Below, in pieces: positions 20,124 through 28,419 of a stretch of DNA of 56,088 nt (position 1 is the first letter of the stretch; every line of letters begins with the position of its first letter). The notes under the pieces are model-generated. The model was not told the DNA's origin and ran no database searches. It saw only the letters and a program-made list of their open reading frames with translations. Made by a program: the position numbers and the translations under genes. The stretch spans positions 1 to 56,088 of the forward strand of contig JAKANQ010000003.1 in the NCBI GenBank assembly GCA_021812365.1. Direction: 5' to 3'. The DNA comes from a bacterium (GTDB lineage Bacteria > Patescibacteriota > Minisyncoccia > UBA6257 > GWB1-50-10).

Positions 20124-21125
20124 ATGGGAATGGAACAAGTTGCACCTCAGGCGGAGTTATCAAAAGAAGAACTTCAGTTTGAGGAAAGATTTAAAGAACG
20201 AGAAGTGGTGGAAGTGCCTGGGGGAACAGTTGAGGTTCTTGATATTTCTCCGGAAATAATGAAACACGAGACTCCAACATTGCTTATTCCCGGATATAGC
20301 GATGGTTCGCCCGAAGGAAGAAGGGCAAACGTATCCGCGCTTTTCAAAGAAGGAAGAAGGACAATAATGGTGAAAAGTTCCCACGGAGTTGAAGGGGAAA
20401 TAACAGATCCAAAAGCTCAAGAATTTCCGGATACGCTCGTAAGACAGGTTGCCGCAATTGCTCCTGTATTGGAACAAAAAAATATTAAAGTGGATGTGAT
20501 TGGGGAGTCGCGCGGAGGCATTGTAGCGTTAATGTCCGCCTATTTATATCCTGAAAAGTTCTCTAATATAGTTTTAGTTGATCCTGCGGGCATGGTAGAT
20601 TCTATGAATTCTGCAAAATTGACCCTCAGATTTATTATGGCTGGCATGGCGGAAGGTAAGATTTTCACACGACGCGATAAGGCGGGTGATGTTTCGCCGA
20701 TGGCGAAGGAGCAGGTTGTGTGGGGTACGGGCAATTTTATGAAATGGATTCTTGGTGATCCAAAAGCAACCGCGAAAGAAATACAAGAAATGGCGCATGC
20801 TGAAGTGGTTAAATTGCTGAAAGAAATTAAAACAAGCGGTATTGGCATCTCAGTGATTCATGGGGTCGATGACAAGGTTTTCTCCATGAATGATATACAG
20901 TCAAGCATACGCGGACAGGTGGAAGGGGTTGGTGAAATGCTGAAAAACGAAGGGGCGAGCGAGGATGAGATTACGCATGCTTATAAAAAAGTAGTTGATG
21001 GATTTTATTCCGTGAAAGGCGGACATGGTGAATTTAATACCAATCCTGAAAAATATACATGGCTGGCGGCGCAAGCGTTAACCGCGCTGGAAGAGAAGCG
21101 GGGGAATAACTCGCAAACAAGATAA
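20124..21125 (+). CDS. Alpha/beta-hydrolase
   Basis: IPGYS oxyanion region, GESRGG nucleophile elbow, HGVDD acid, GGHG His. Confidence 0.75.
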   Translation: MGMEQVAPQAELSKEELQFEERFKEREVVEVPGGTVEVLDISPEIMKHETPTLLIPGYSDGSPEGRRANVSALFKEGRRTIMVKSSHGVEGEITDPKAQEFPDTLVRQVAAIAPVLEQKNIKVDVIGESRGGIVALMSAYLYPEKFSNIVLVDPAGMVDSMNSAKLTLRFIMAGMAEGKIFTRRDKAGDVSPMAKEQVVWGTGNFMKWILGDPKATAKEIQEMAHAEVVKLLKEIKTSGIGISVIHGVDDKVFSMNDIQSSIRGQVEGVGEMLKNEGASEDEITHAYKKVVDGFYSVKGGHGEFNTNPEKYTWLAAQALTALEEKRGNNSQTR

Positions 21126-21159
21126 AGAAAACAAAAACCCCCTTCAGGGGGATTTTTTG

Positions 21160-22182
21160 TTAGGCCCAGCTCGCGTCTTCCAAGAATTTGAGTGTCTTCT
21201 CGTTCGTGAGCATTTCTTCCACGTAGCTTCTGAATGCTTCCGGATTCGCATCGGGGTAGTGTGATGCCGCATGTCCTACCTCTTTCTCGACTTCCGCCTC
21301 ATCAGCTTTGATGTTTTCCTTTGTCGCAATCGCTTTCAAGATGAATTTTGTCTTGAATTGGCGCTCAATCGCTTCTTTCCTTTCTTTTATATACTCCTCC
21401 TCGGTTTTCTTGATGAGCTTGAAATATTCCTCCTCACTCATCTTCCTTCGCTCAAGTTCCTTGTGAAGGCGTCCGTGTGCCGCATACAGCTCATCTTCCA
21501 CGAGAAGCGAGGGCACGACCACTTTTGATTCATCAACTAATTGTTTTGCAAGCTCCTCATATCGGACGCGCGCCGATTCTGATTCTTTTTCCGCTTGAAT
21601 GTTCGCTTTTAATTTCTCTTTAAAATCTTGCACATTCTCAAACTGACCCACCGTTTTCACGAATTCATCAGTGAGTTCGGGGAGTTTTCCATCCTCACCC
21701 TGCCTCATGGTAAGAAGCTGTTGGATGACCTCCTCAACGTCCTTGTCGGTAGCTTCTATTTTTTCTTTCTTATCCTTTATTGTTTTTGCTATCTTTTTGT
21801 AATTAGGGAGGCTGACCTCGGGTTCCACCGCGATATTGATCTTGAACACCAACGGGCTTCCAATCGCCAATTTTACGAACGTGACGCGCGGCGAGCTGAT
21901 GGGGACGATGTGATTATCATCAAGAATTGCCGGATAGGCGAGACTCAAAGCCTCTTCCGCGGCATCCTCAAGCACGTGGTTCATATTGACCTGTTTTTCC
22001 ACCATATCTTTCGGCGCGTTGCCTTTGCGGAATCCCGGAATCTCAATGTCTTGCCGCACTTCTTCCAAAACTTCCTTTCGGTGAAATTCGATCATATCCG
22101 CCGAGATTTCGCCTTCGATTTCGATGATTCCGTCTTTCGGTTTTCCGACTTTAAGGTTTGTATAGAGTTTTGTGTCTTCCAT
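21160..22182 (-). CDS. tig: Trigger factor (PPIase domain reduced)
   Basis: IPGFRKGNAP signature, LPELTDEFVK, C-terminal chaperone domain. Confidence 0.9.
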   Translation of the reverse strand: MEDTKLYTNLKVGKPKDGIIEIEGEISADMIEFHRKEVLEEVRQDIEIPGFRKGNAPKDMVEKQVNMNHVLEDAAEEALSLAYPAILDDNHIVPISSPRVTFVKLAIGSPLVFKINIAVEPEVSLPNYKKIAKTIKDKKEKIEATDKDVEEVIQQLLTMRQGEDGKLPELTDEFVKTVGQFENVQDFKEKLKANIQAEKESESARVRYEELAKQLVDESKVVVPSLLVEDELYAAHGRLHKELERRKMSEEEYFKLIKKTEEEYIKERKEAIERQFKTKFILKAIATKENIKADEAEVEKEVGHAASHYPDANPEAFRSYVEEMLTNEKTLKFLEDASWA

Positions 22183-22264
22183 AGGTCAATAGATTACTAT
22201 ATGAGATGCATATCGGCAAGCGCGGAAAAATCTATTATAATGAATTATACGAGCACAATATCAT

Positions 22265-23461
22265 ATGTTAATCGATAGGGCACAATTGAGTTTTTTCGGA
22301 AAACGCGAGGTAAATGCACTCTATGGCACGCTTGCCCTTACCAATTTTGGAGAGGGTCTTGTTAGTATTTTCGTACCCATCTTTCTTTGGAAAAACGGTG
22401 TGGTAATCTGGCAGATACTGTATTTTTATTTTTTAAGCTCGGCATATTTTGTGGGCCTAACATTCCTCATATTGCCGTTTCTCAAAAAGATGAGCGACAA
22501 GATGATGATGTTCTTGAGCGCCCCCTTTTTAATATTCTATCTTTTTGGCCTGTATTATATCTCTGCGGCGCCGATATTGTTTTATATACTTCCTCTCGCG
22601 CTCGCACTCAATACGCTTTTTTTTGATGTGGGATACAACCTCGATTTTTCCCAGTCGGTTGATGGTGAAAAGATAGGACGAGAGCTTGGTGCGCGTAATA
22701 CGATTTCCGCCCTCGTCAATTTCAGCGCCCCTTTTTTCGGCGGGTCACTCATCGTTCTTTTTGGATTTAAGATTACGTTTCTTATTGCGTCGCTCATTCT
22801 TTTGGGTGCTGTAGTGCCATTGTTCTTTTTCCCGCATCGACATCTTGTGTCCGATCTTAAGAGTTCGCAGATCATAAAATTTTTAACAGGGCGAGGCATA
22901 CAAAGTTTCAATCTGTCCGGTATCGCATACTCGATGATGCTTACCATTGATGGATTGTTGTGGCCATTCTTTATTTTCTTTGCAATCAGCAGTACGCGGT
23001 CATTGGGCGGCGTGGTCTCGGTTGGTCTTTTTGCGTCGGCTATTACCACCTATTTTATCGGTTTTCTTTCAGATGCCGGAGATCGGAGGAAAATCATCAC
23101 CATCACCACTGTTTTATTTTCGATAGTGTGGCTGTTCAGGATCATGTTTTCAAGTCCGGGGATGATCATGGCATTAAGTGTCGCGGGCGGCATCATATCA
23201 GCGGGACTTCTCGTGGCGTGGACGAGCCAGTTTTACAAGATTACCCGAGCAGTGCAGCACCCAAGCCCTTTTATTTTAAGCCGCGAGGTGCTTTATCAAT
23301 TGGCACGCGTGATATTTTTGCCAATATTGATGTTGTGCGCCTACGCTTTTTCGACCACTCATTTCTTCTATGCGAGTTTCGGCATTGCCGCGCTGTTGCA
23401 GCTTTTATTCTTATTCGCAAACAAATTTCATCTGAATGACCTTACCGCCATGGATGAATAA
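22265..23461 (+). CDS. MFS transporter
   Basis: About 12 hydrophobic segments, FVPIFLW, G.LSDAGDRRK loop motif. Confidence 0.8.
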   Translation: MLIDRAQLSFFGKREVNALYGTLALTNFGEGLVSIFVPIFLWKNGVVIWQILYFYFLSSAYFVGLTFLILPFLKKMSDKMMMFLSAPFLIFYLFGLYYISAAPILFYILPLALALNTLFFDVGYNLDFSQSVDGEKIGRELGARNTISALVNFSAPFFGGSLIVLFGFKITFLIASLILLGAVVPLFFFPHRHLVSDLKSSQIIKFLTGRGIQSFNLSGIAYSMMLTIDGLLWPFFIFFAISSTRSLGGVVSVGLFASAITTYFIGFLSDAGDRRKIITITTVLFSIVWLFRIMFSSPGMIMALSVAGGIISAGLLVAWTSQFYKITRAVQHPSPFILSREVLYQLARVIFLPILMLCAYAFSTTHFFYASFGIAALLQLLFLFANKFHLNDLTAMDE

Positions 23462-23481
23462 CGGCGGATATCATATCTATC

Positions 23482-24651
23482 ATGGTAATTAAAAAAAAGA
23501 GAGATGCATTTTCAGAAGTTGAGGAAGCGCCTAGGGGAAATCCTTTGAATGACGCGGTATTTTCCGTGTCCGAATTCATTGAGATATTGAACGTCGGTTT
23601 AAAGAAGGAGGCACGCATTACGGGCGAGGTTTCTCAAGTGCAGAAGGCCGCGTCTGGGCATGTGTATTTTACCATCAAGGATGGCAAGGAGGATGCGACC
23701 ATGAATTGCGTGGCGTGGAAGTTCAATTATTTGCAGTGCGGGATTGACATGCAGGTCGGAATGGAACTTATCCTTACTGGGAATCCGCAGATATACGCGC
23801 CCACGGGAAGATTTTCATTTGTCGCGAGCGCCATAGAATTCAAAGGAGAGGGAGCGCTTAAGAAGGCGTATGATGAATTGAAGAAGAAGCTTGCTATCGA
23901 AGGAGTGTTTGCGCCGGAACGAAAACGGGCGCTTCCGGAACTCGCGCGCAAGATAGGCGTCATCACTTCGAAGGATGGCGCGGTCATCCACGACTTCATC
24001 AATAATCTCGGCAAATTCGGATACGAGGTCAACTTGGTGGATTCTCGCGTTGAGGGGCAGCAAGCGGTCGCACCGCTCATAGAGGCGATTCAAACGTTCA
24101 AAACGAAGGATATCGAGGTACTGGTCATCATCCGCGGGGGAGGTTCTTTGGAATCGCTTCAGGCATTCAACAATGAAGCACTCATCCGTGAAATCGTTTC
24201 ATTTCCGGTTCCTGTTATCGCGGGTATCGGACACGACCAAGATGTTCCTCTCGCGGCTCTTGCGGCGGATTTCATGACCTCAACTCCGACTGCGGCGGCA
24301 CATCTCATCAATCGGTCATGGGAAGACGCATTTGCGAAAGTGAGGCAGTTTGCTTCCATTATGAACAGGATAGAGGACCGAATGCGACGCGTGCGAATGG
24401 ATTTGGATATCGCGCTGAAGTCCGTCATCGACCATACCGCAGATAGCATCTCCCGCATCAAGGAACGCCTTGAGAACGCGGAGCGGGTGATGAAAGTGAA
24501 TGATCCGACGCGTCAATTGAAATTAGGATATTCCATTGTGCGGGGACGTGGTAAGGTTATAAAGAGCGTGAAAGGGTTGGATACGGGCGATGAGCTTGAG
24601 ATTCAATTCAGCGATGGAGCCGTAGAGTCGAATATCACATCAATCAACTAA
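23482..24651 (+). CDS. xseA: Exodeoxyribonuclease VII large subunit
   Basis: GEVS...SGHVYFTIKD, IGVITS..GAVIHD, RGGGS, GIGHDQD, TPTAAA. Confidence 0.95.
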   Translation: MVIKKKRDAFSEVEEAPRGNPLNDAVFSVSEFIEILNVGLKKEARITGEVSQVQKAASGHVYFTIKDGKEDATMNCVAWKFNYLQCGIDMQVGMELILTGNPQIYAPTGRFSFVASAIEFKGEGALKKAYDELKKKLAIEGVFAPERKRALPELARKIGVITSKDGAVIHDFINNLGKFGYEVNLVDSRVEGQQAVAPLIEAIQTFKTKDIEVLVIIRGGGSLESLQAFNNEALIREIVSFPVPVIAGIGHDQDVPLAALAADFMTSTPTAAAHLINRSWEDAFAKVRQFASIMNRIEDRMRRVRMDLDIALKSVIDHTADSISRIKERLENAERVMKVNDPTRQLKLGYSIVRGRGKVIKSVKGLDTGDELEIQFSDGAVESNITSIN

Positions 24652-24656
24652 CAATT

Positions 24657-24863
24657 ATGCCGGCAAAAGAAACAAAAAGTTTTAAGCAACATTTGAAGGA
24701 GATAGCTCACATTTTGGAGTGGTTTGATTCACAGGAAGAATTGGACGTGGAGGAGGCGCTTCTTAAGGTGCAGGAGGCTGCGAAGCTCATTAGGGCAAGC
24801 AGAGAGAGGCTTCAGGAGGTAGAGAATGAGTTTAAGATAATAAAAAAGGAGATAGAGGGGTAA
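24657..24863 (+). CDS. xseB: Exodeoxyribonuclease VII small subunit
   Basis: Follows xseA; helical, LDVEEAL, RLQEVEN. Confidence 0.85.
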   Translation: MPAKETKSFKQHLKEIAHILEWFDSQEELDVEEALLKVQEAAKLIRASRERLQEVENEFKIIKKEIEG

Positions 24864-24923
24864 GAGAGAAGGTGTGCATAACCTATATTCGAATACCCGA
24901 ATGTGGTTTGGTATACTTTTGGT

Positions 24924-25097
24924 ATGAGGCATTATGTGTGTACCGGCGAATGCGGTACTGCCTTTGAAGAGGAGGGGGTTTGCACGTCGCCGGATTGTTC
25001 GCAAAACGGCCAGCCGCGTGAAAAATGCGATTGTACCGACGGGTATCACGGGGCGCTTTTAGAGGAGATTGACGAGGAGACCGATCCGGAGAGGTAG
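24924..25097 (+). CDS. Small Cys-rich putative metal-binding protein
   Basis: HYVCTGECG...GVC...DC...CDC.DG.H; TATACT 6 nt before ATG. Confidence 0.65.
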   Translation: MRHYVCTGECGTAFEEEGVCTSPDCSQNGQPREKCDCTDGYHGALLEEIDEETDPER

Positions 25098-25136
25098 TTT
25101 GGTTGCTTTTTTTTCTACGATATGGTATAACAGAAA

Positions 25137-25230
25137 CGTGAGTAGGTTTCTCAGTTGGGGTAATCCTTTTGCCACTTATGTGTGTAAGGAGCCAAGTGAG
25201 TGGTCGCCCTACGAAGCAAAAATACACAAC
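25137..25230 (+). promoter_or_regulatory. Structured 5' leader of the RRM gene (candidate cis-regulatory RNA)
   Basis: Extended -10 TGGTATAAC; nested stems GTAGG/CCTAC, CTCAGTTGG/CCAAGTGAG, GGTAA/TTGCC, CTTAT/GTAAG. Confidence 0.5.
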
Positions 25231-25527
25231 ATGGCAAAGAGATTATACATCGGTGGTTTGCCTTATTCTTCAACAGATGCTGAATTGAAAGAAGCATTTG
25301 AGAAGGTGGGACCGGTAACGTCTGCATCGATCATCATTGATAAAATGACTGGTCGCTCACGCGGATTCGGTTTCGTCGAAATGGAGAATGAAGCAGACAT
25401 CTCAAAGGCTATCGAGGTGTGGAATGGCAAGGATTTTGGAGGACGCACGCTTACGGTCAACGAAGCGCGCCCGATGGAATCACGCCCCGCACGCGGTGGT
25501 TTTGGAGGAGGAAGGAGAGATTACTAA
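25231..25527 (+). CDS. RRM RNA-binding protein with RGG tail
   Basis: RNP2 LYIGGL, RNP1 RGFGFVEM, GRTLTVNEARP, RGGFGGGRR. Confidence 0.93.
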   Translation: MAKRLYIGGLPYSSTDAELKEAFEKVGPVTSASIIIDKMTGRSRGFGFVEMENEADISKAIEVWNGKDFGGRTLTVNEARPMESRPARGGFGGGRRDY

Positions 25528-25665
25528 ATTTTCTTCGTAACTTAGCAGAAGTCCCCGCATCGCGGGGGCTTTTGTTATACGGAAATTTCTATAGTTGACA
25601 AAACATATACTAATTTGTATACTATAACTAGTATTTTTTAACATCTTTATATGTAAGGAGGACGT

Positions 25666-26328
25666 ATGAGCTCGTCTTTTTGGCTTGGTTCAAGCAGTGT
25701 GGGAATGCGCTCGTATGATGTTGATGCGCACTACGAAGATGGTTATGTTTGGTTAGGGAATAACAGTTGGAATAGTCCGCTCAATGCTGGCGCACGCTAT
25801 AAAGATGGTTGCGTGTGGCTTGGGGCAAGTGATGTGGGAAATCGTTCGTATGATGTTATCGCTCACTACGAAGATGGCTATATTTGGTTAGGGAATAACA
25901 GCTGGAATAGTCCGCTCAATGCCATCGCACGCTATAAAGATGGCTGTATGTGGCTTGGGGCAAGTGATGTGGGAAATCGTTCGTATGATACGTTTGCTCG
26001 GTATGATGGACCGGACGACGGCGCCGCAGCTGCTGTAGTTTTATTGCTGTTACTGAAAATCAATACTGAATCAACCTCGCAAGAGTCATCTTCGGATCAG
26101 GAAATTTCGGATTCCGGGTCTCGTGATTCCGAGGTCTGCGAAGAAGACGTGTGGGCGAGTAATTCATGCGAATCAATTTCCGAACCCTCATATGATGCGC
26201 AATCTGCTTCGGGGCGAGGAAATGAGGTTCCACAAGGAGGAAGTGAGTTTGAGCTGTTTGTGATCATGGCGATTATTTTACTTTGTGCTACGTTGGTTCA
26301 TTATATTGGGCCCATGTTTCATAATTAG
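25666..26328 (+). CDS. Five-repeat (WLG) protein with hydrophobic helix, acidic Ser linker and C-terminal TM; beta-flower-like
   Basis: TTGACA-17-TATACT promoter, AAGGAGG SD, WLG at aa 6/29/51/74/96, then GAAAAVVLLLLLK. Confidence 0.7.
   Translation: MSSSFWLGSSSVGMRSYDVDAHYEDGYVWLGNNSWNSPLNAGARYKDGCVWLGASDVGNRSYDVIAHYEDGYIWLGNNSWNSPLNAIARYKDGCMWLGASDVGNRSYDTFARYDGPDDGAAAAVVLLLLLKINTESTSQESSSDQEISDSGSRDSEVCEEDVWASNSCESISEPSYDAQSASGRGNEVPQGGSEFELFVIMAIILLCATLVHYIGPMFHN
25729..25988 (+). repeat. 135-bp tandem duplication inside the WLG-repeat gene
   Basis: CACTACGAAGATGG... at 25729 and 25864, near-identical copies. Confidence 0.85.
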
Positions 26329-26390
26329 TTTTTTGCAATGCAAAAGGCCGACGTTATATGTCGGCCTTTTTTTGTATTATACTCATATAT

Positions 26391-27140
26391 ATGTATAGCG
26401 CACCAAGAGCTCAGAATAAATTCAATCCAAGCAGTCGAGACCCCTTTAAACTAAGTCGAAGCAAGATAGAGAATTTCATCCGATGTCCTCGGTGTTTTTA
26501 TTTGGACAGGAGGCTTGGTATTGATATTCCTCCCACGCCGTCGTTCACGCTGAACAACGCGGTTGATGCGCTGCTCAAAAAGGAATTTGATATTCATCGC
26601 GCGAAACATATCCCGCACCCCATCATGGATGCGTATGGAATCGATGCGGTCCCATTCGAGCACGAACGCATGGATGCGTGGCGCGATGCGATACGGCGCG
26701 GCATTCAATTTTTATACGAATCGGAGAACCTTCTTATCACGGGTGGTATCGATGACGTATGGGTGAATTCAAAAGGAGAACTTATCATCGTTGATTATAA
26801 GGCGACCTCAAAGGCCGGAGACGTGACGCTTGAAGGGTCTGGATGGGAGATGAGTTATAAGAGGCAGATGGAGATCTACCAATGGCTTTTCAGGCAAAAC
26901 GGTTTCAAGGTGAGCGATACCGGATACTTCGTATATTGTAACGGTACTACCGACAGAGAAGCCTTCGATAAAAAATTGGAATTCAATGTGACGCTTCTTC
27001 CGCACAAAGGGAGTGATGCGTGGATTCCGCTTGCATTGAAAAAAATACGCGCGTGTCTTATGAGTGATACTATTCCCGCGGCAAGTCCCTCGTGCGATTA
27101 TTGCGCATATCGAAAAGCGGCTCAAAAGGCTGAGATATGA
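26391..27140 (+). CDS. Stand-alone PD-(D/E)XK (Cas4-like) nuclease
   Basis: LSRSKI...CPRCFY, GGIDD, VDYKAT, YKRQMEIYQWL, CDYC. Confidence 0.85.
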   Translation: MYSAPRAQNKFNPSSRDPFKLSRSKIENFIRCPRCFYLDRRLGIDIPPTPSFTLNNAVDALLKKEFDIHRAKHIPHPIMDAYGIDAVPFEHERMDAWRDAIRRGIQFLYESENLLITGGIDDVWVNSKGELIIVDYKATSKAGDVTLEGSGWEMSYKRQMEIYQWLFRQNGFKVSDTGYFVYCNGTTDREAFDKKLEFNVTLLPHKGSDAWIPLALKKIRACLMSDTIPAASPSCDYCAYRKAAQKAEI

Positions 27141-27210
27141 TACCATTAAAAATAAGAAAGGTCGGGAATAGAAAGAATAATGGATAAAAGGATAATAATT
27201 CAATAATCAT

Positions 27211-27438
27211 ATGGAACTATTAAATGTGTGGCTTGCGGAACATTCGTTCGTTATGGGGTTGGTATTCGCGTGGATTCTCATTTGGAAAGGACTCGCGCTT
27301 TGGAAATCGGCGCGGAAGAATGATATGTGGTGGTTTGTGGCATTGCTCGTGATAAATCTCTTCGGTATATTGGAAATTTTCTATTACTTCGTGTTCAGTG
27401 AAAGGAAAAGTTTGAAAGAAAAAGGAGAAAAAAATTAA
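27211..27438 (+). CDS. DUF5652-like small membrane protein
   Basis: W..IWKGLALWKSARKN...WFVALLVIN.FGILEI.Y. Confidence 0.75.
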   Translation: MELLNVWLAEHSFVMGLVFAWILIWKGLALWKSARKNDMWWFVALLVINLFGILEIFYYFVFSERKSLKEKGEKN

Positions 27439-27632
27439 TTGTAAAAATATTTTCTTACTTCCATTGCAAAAATAAAAGTTTTCCACAGTTTTTCGCGATG
27501 CAATAGTTGTATAATAAAGATATGTGAGCGAATGAATTTATAAAAAAATTTATTCGTAATGTGCGAACGAAAGAAAGAACCGCACGCACATCTCTCAAAA
27601 GGTCGAGGTAAAAAAATATTTTTTCAATTAAT

Positions 27633-27701
27633 ATGGCAGCAAAGAAAAAAGCAAAGAAAGTAGCAAAGAAAAAGGTAGCAAAGAAAGGAAAGAGAAAATA
27701 G
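27633..27701 (+). CDS. 22-aa Lys/Ala-rich histone-H1-like peptide (absent from the ORF track)
   Basis: MAAKKKAKKVAKKKVAKKGKRK; upstream TGTATAAT, downstream strong terminator. Confidence 0.65.
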   Translation: MAAKKKAKKVAKKKVAKKGKRK

Positions 27702-27710
27702 TCCTTTGAC

Positions 27711-27736
27711 AAAACCCCCGGGAATCCGGGGGTTTT
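27711..27736 (+). terminator. Intrinsic terminator
   Basis: AAAACCCCCGG-GAAT-CCGGGGGTTTT. Confidence 0.75.
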
Positions 27737-27816
27737 GTATTTCCCATTATTTCACTTTTTTGTCAACTATTTCAAGCATTGCACGCATATTCGATTTTCT
27801 GGTATTATCGGATTAT

Positions 27817-28347
27817 ATGAAGCAAGAAACATCAGCTCAAGGAGTGAGCGGACGCGGCAAAAAAGCCGTGCGGTATGCGGTCATCGCGGTCGTTGGTATT
27901 GGATTGGTCTGGTTCATCTTTGCGCGCGTAGCATCAAAGAGCGGTGCGGGCTCGGGTAATGCTATTTCCGAATCGCCGCTTGTGTTGGCGGGAAAGAACA
28001 CCATTACATTGGATGATCAGTTGTTCGGAAATACGGTTTCCATAAAGTCGATTGACCTTGCGAATGACAGTTGGGTCGCTATTCATGAGGACCTTGATGG
28101 AAAACCCGGAAATATTCTCGGAGCGGCATGGTTTCCCGCGGGTGTAAGTTCGGGTGTGGTTGAGTTGCAGCGTCCGACGGTTGATGGCGCGACGTACTAC
28201 GCAATGCTCCATGCGGATAAAAAACCGCGCGGAGAAGACGGCCACAAGGTGTTTGATCTGAAAGTCGATGTTCCTCTGACCGATGAATCGGGGCAGCCTC
28301 TGATGGCAAAGTTCATGACGACCGCGCATCCAGCGCCGCAGCAATAA
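27817..28347 (+). CDS. Membrane-anchored extracytoplasmic beta-sandwich protein (DUF7282-like)
   Basis: N-terminal TM; V.IKSIDL...SWVAIHED..GKPG.ILG; YYAMLH.D; FD...D.P. Confidence 0.6.
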   Translation: MKQETSAQGVSGRGKKAVRYAVIAVVGIGLVWFIFARVASKSGAGSGNAISESPLVLAGKNTITLDDQLFGNTVSIKSIDLANDSWVAIHEDLDGKPGNILGAAWFPAGVSSGVVELQRPTVDGATYYAMLHADKKPRGEDGHKVFDLKVDVPLTDESGQPLMAKFMTTAHPAPQQ

Positions 28348-28419
28348 CAGAGCGGTTTGATTCAATGAAATACTCCTTCGCATTACGCGAAGGAGTATTG
28401 GTATAATGGAATCCTATAC

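Noticed and set aside
27479-27487. DnaA box / replication origin
   Set aside because: Single imperfect TTTTCCACA; no cluster of boxes and no dnaA or dnaN nearby.
27455-27712. Minus-strand 85-aa Phe-rich ORF
   Set aside because: It is the antisense shadow of the Lys-rich peptide; promoter and terminator orientation favour the plus strand.
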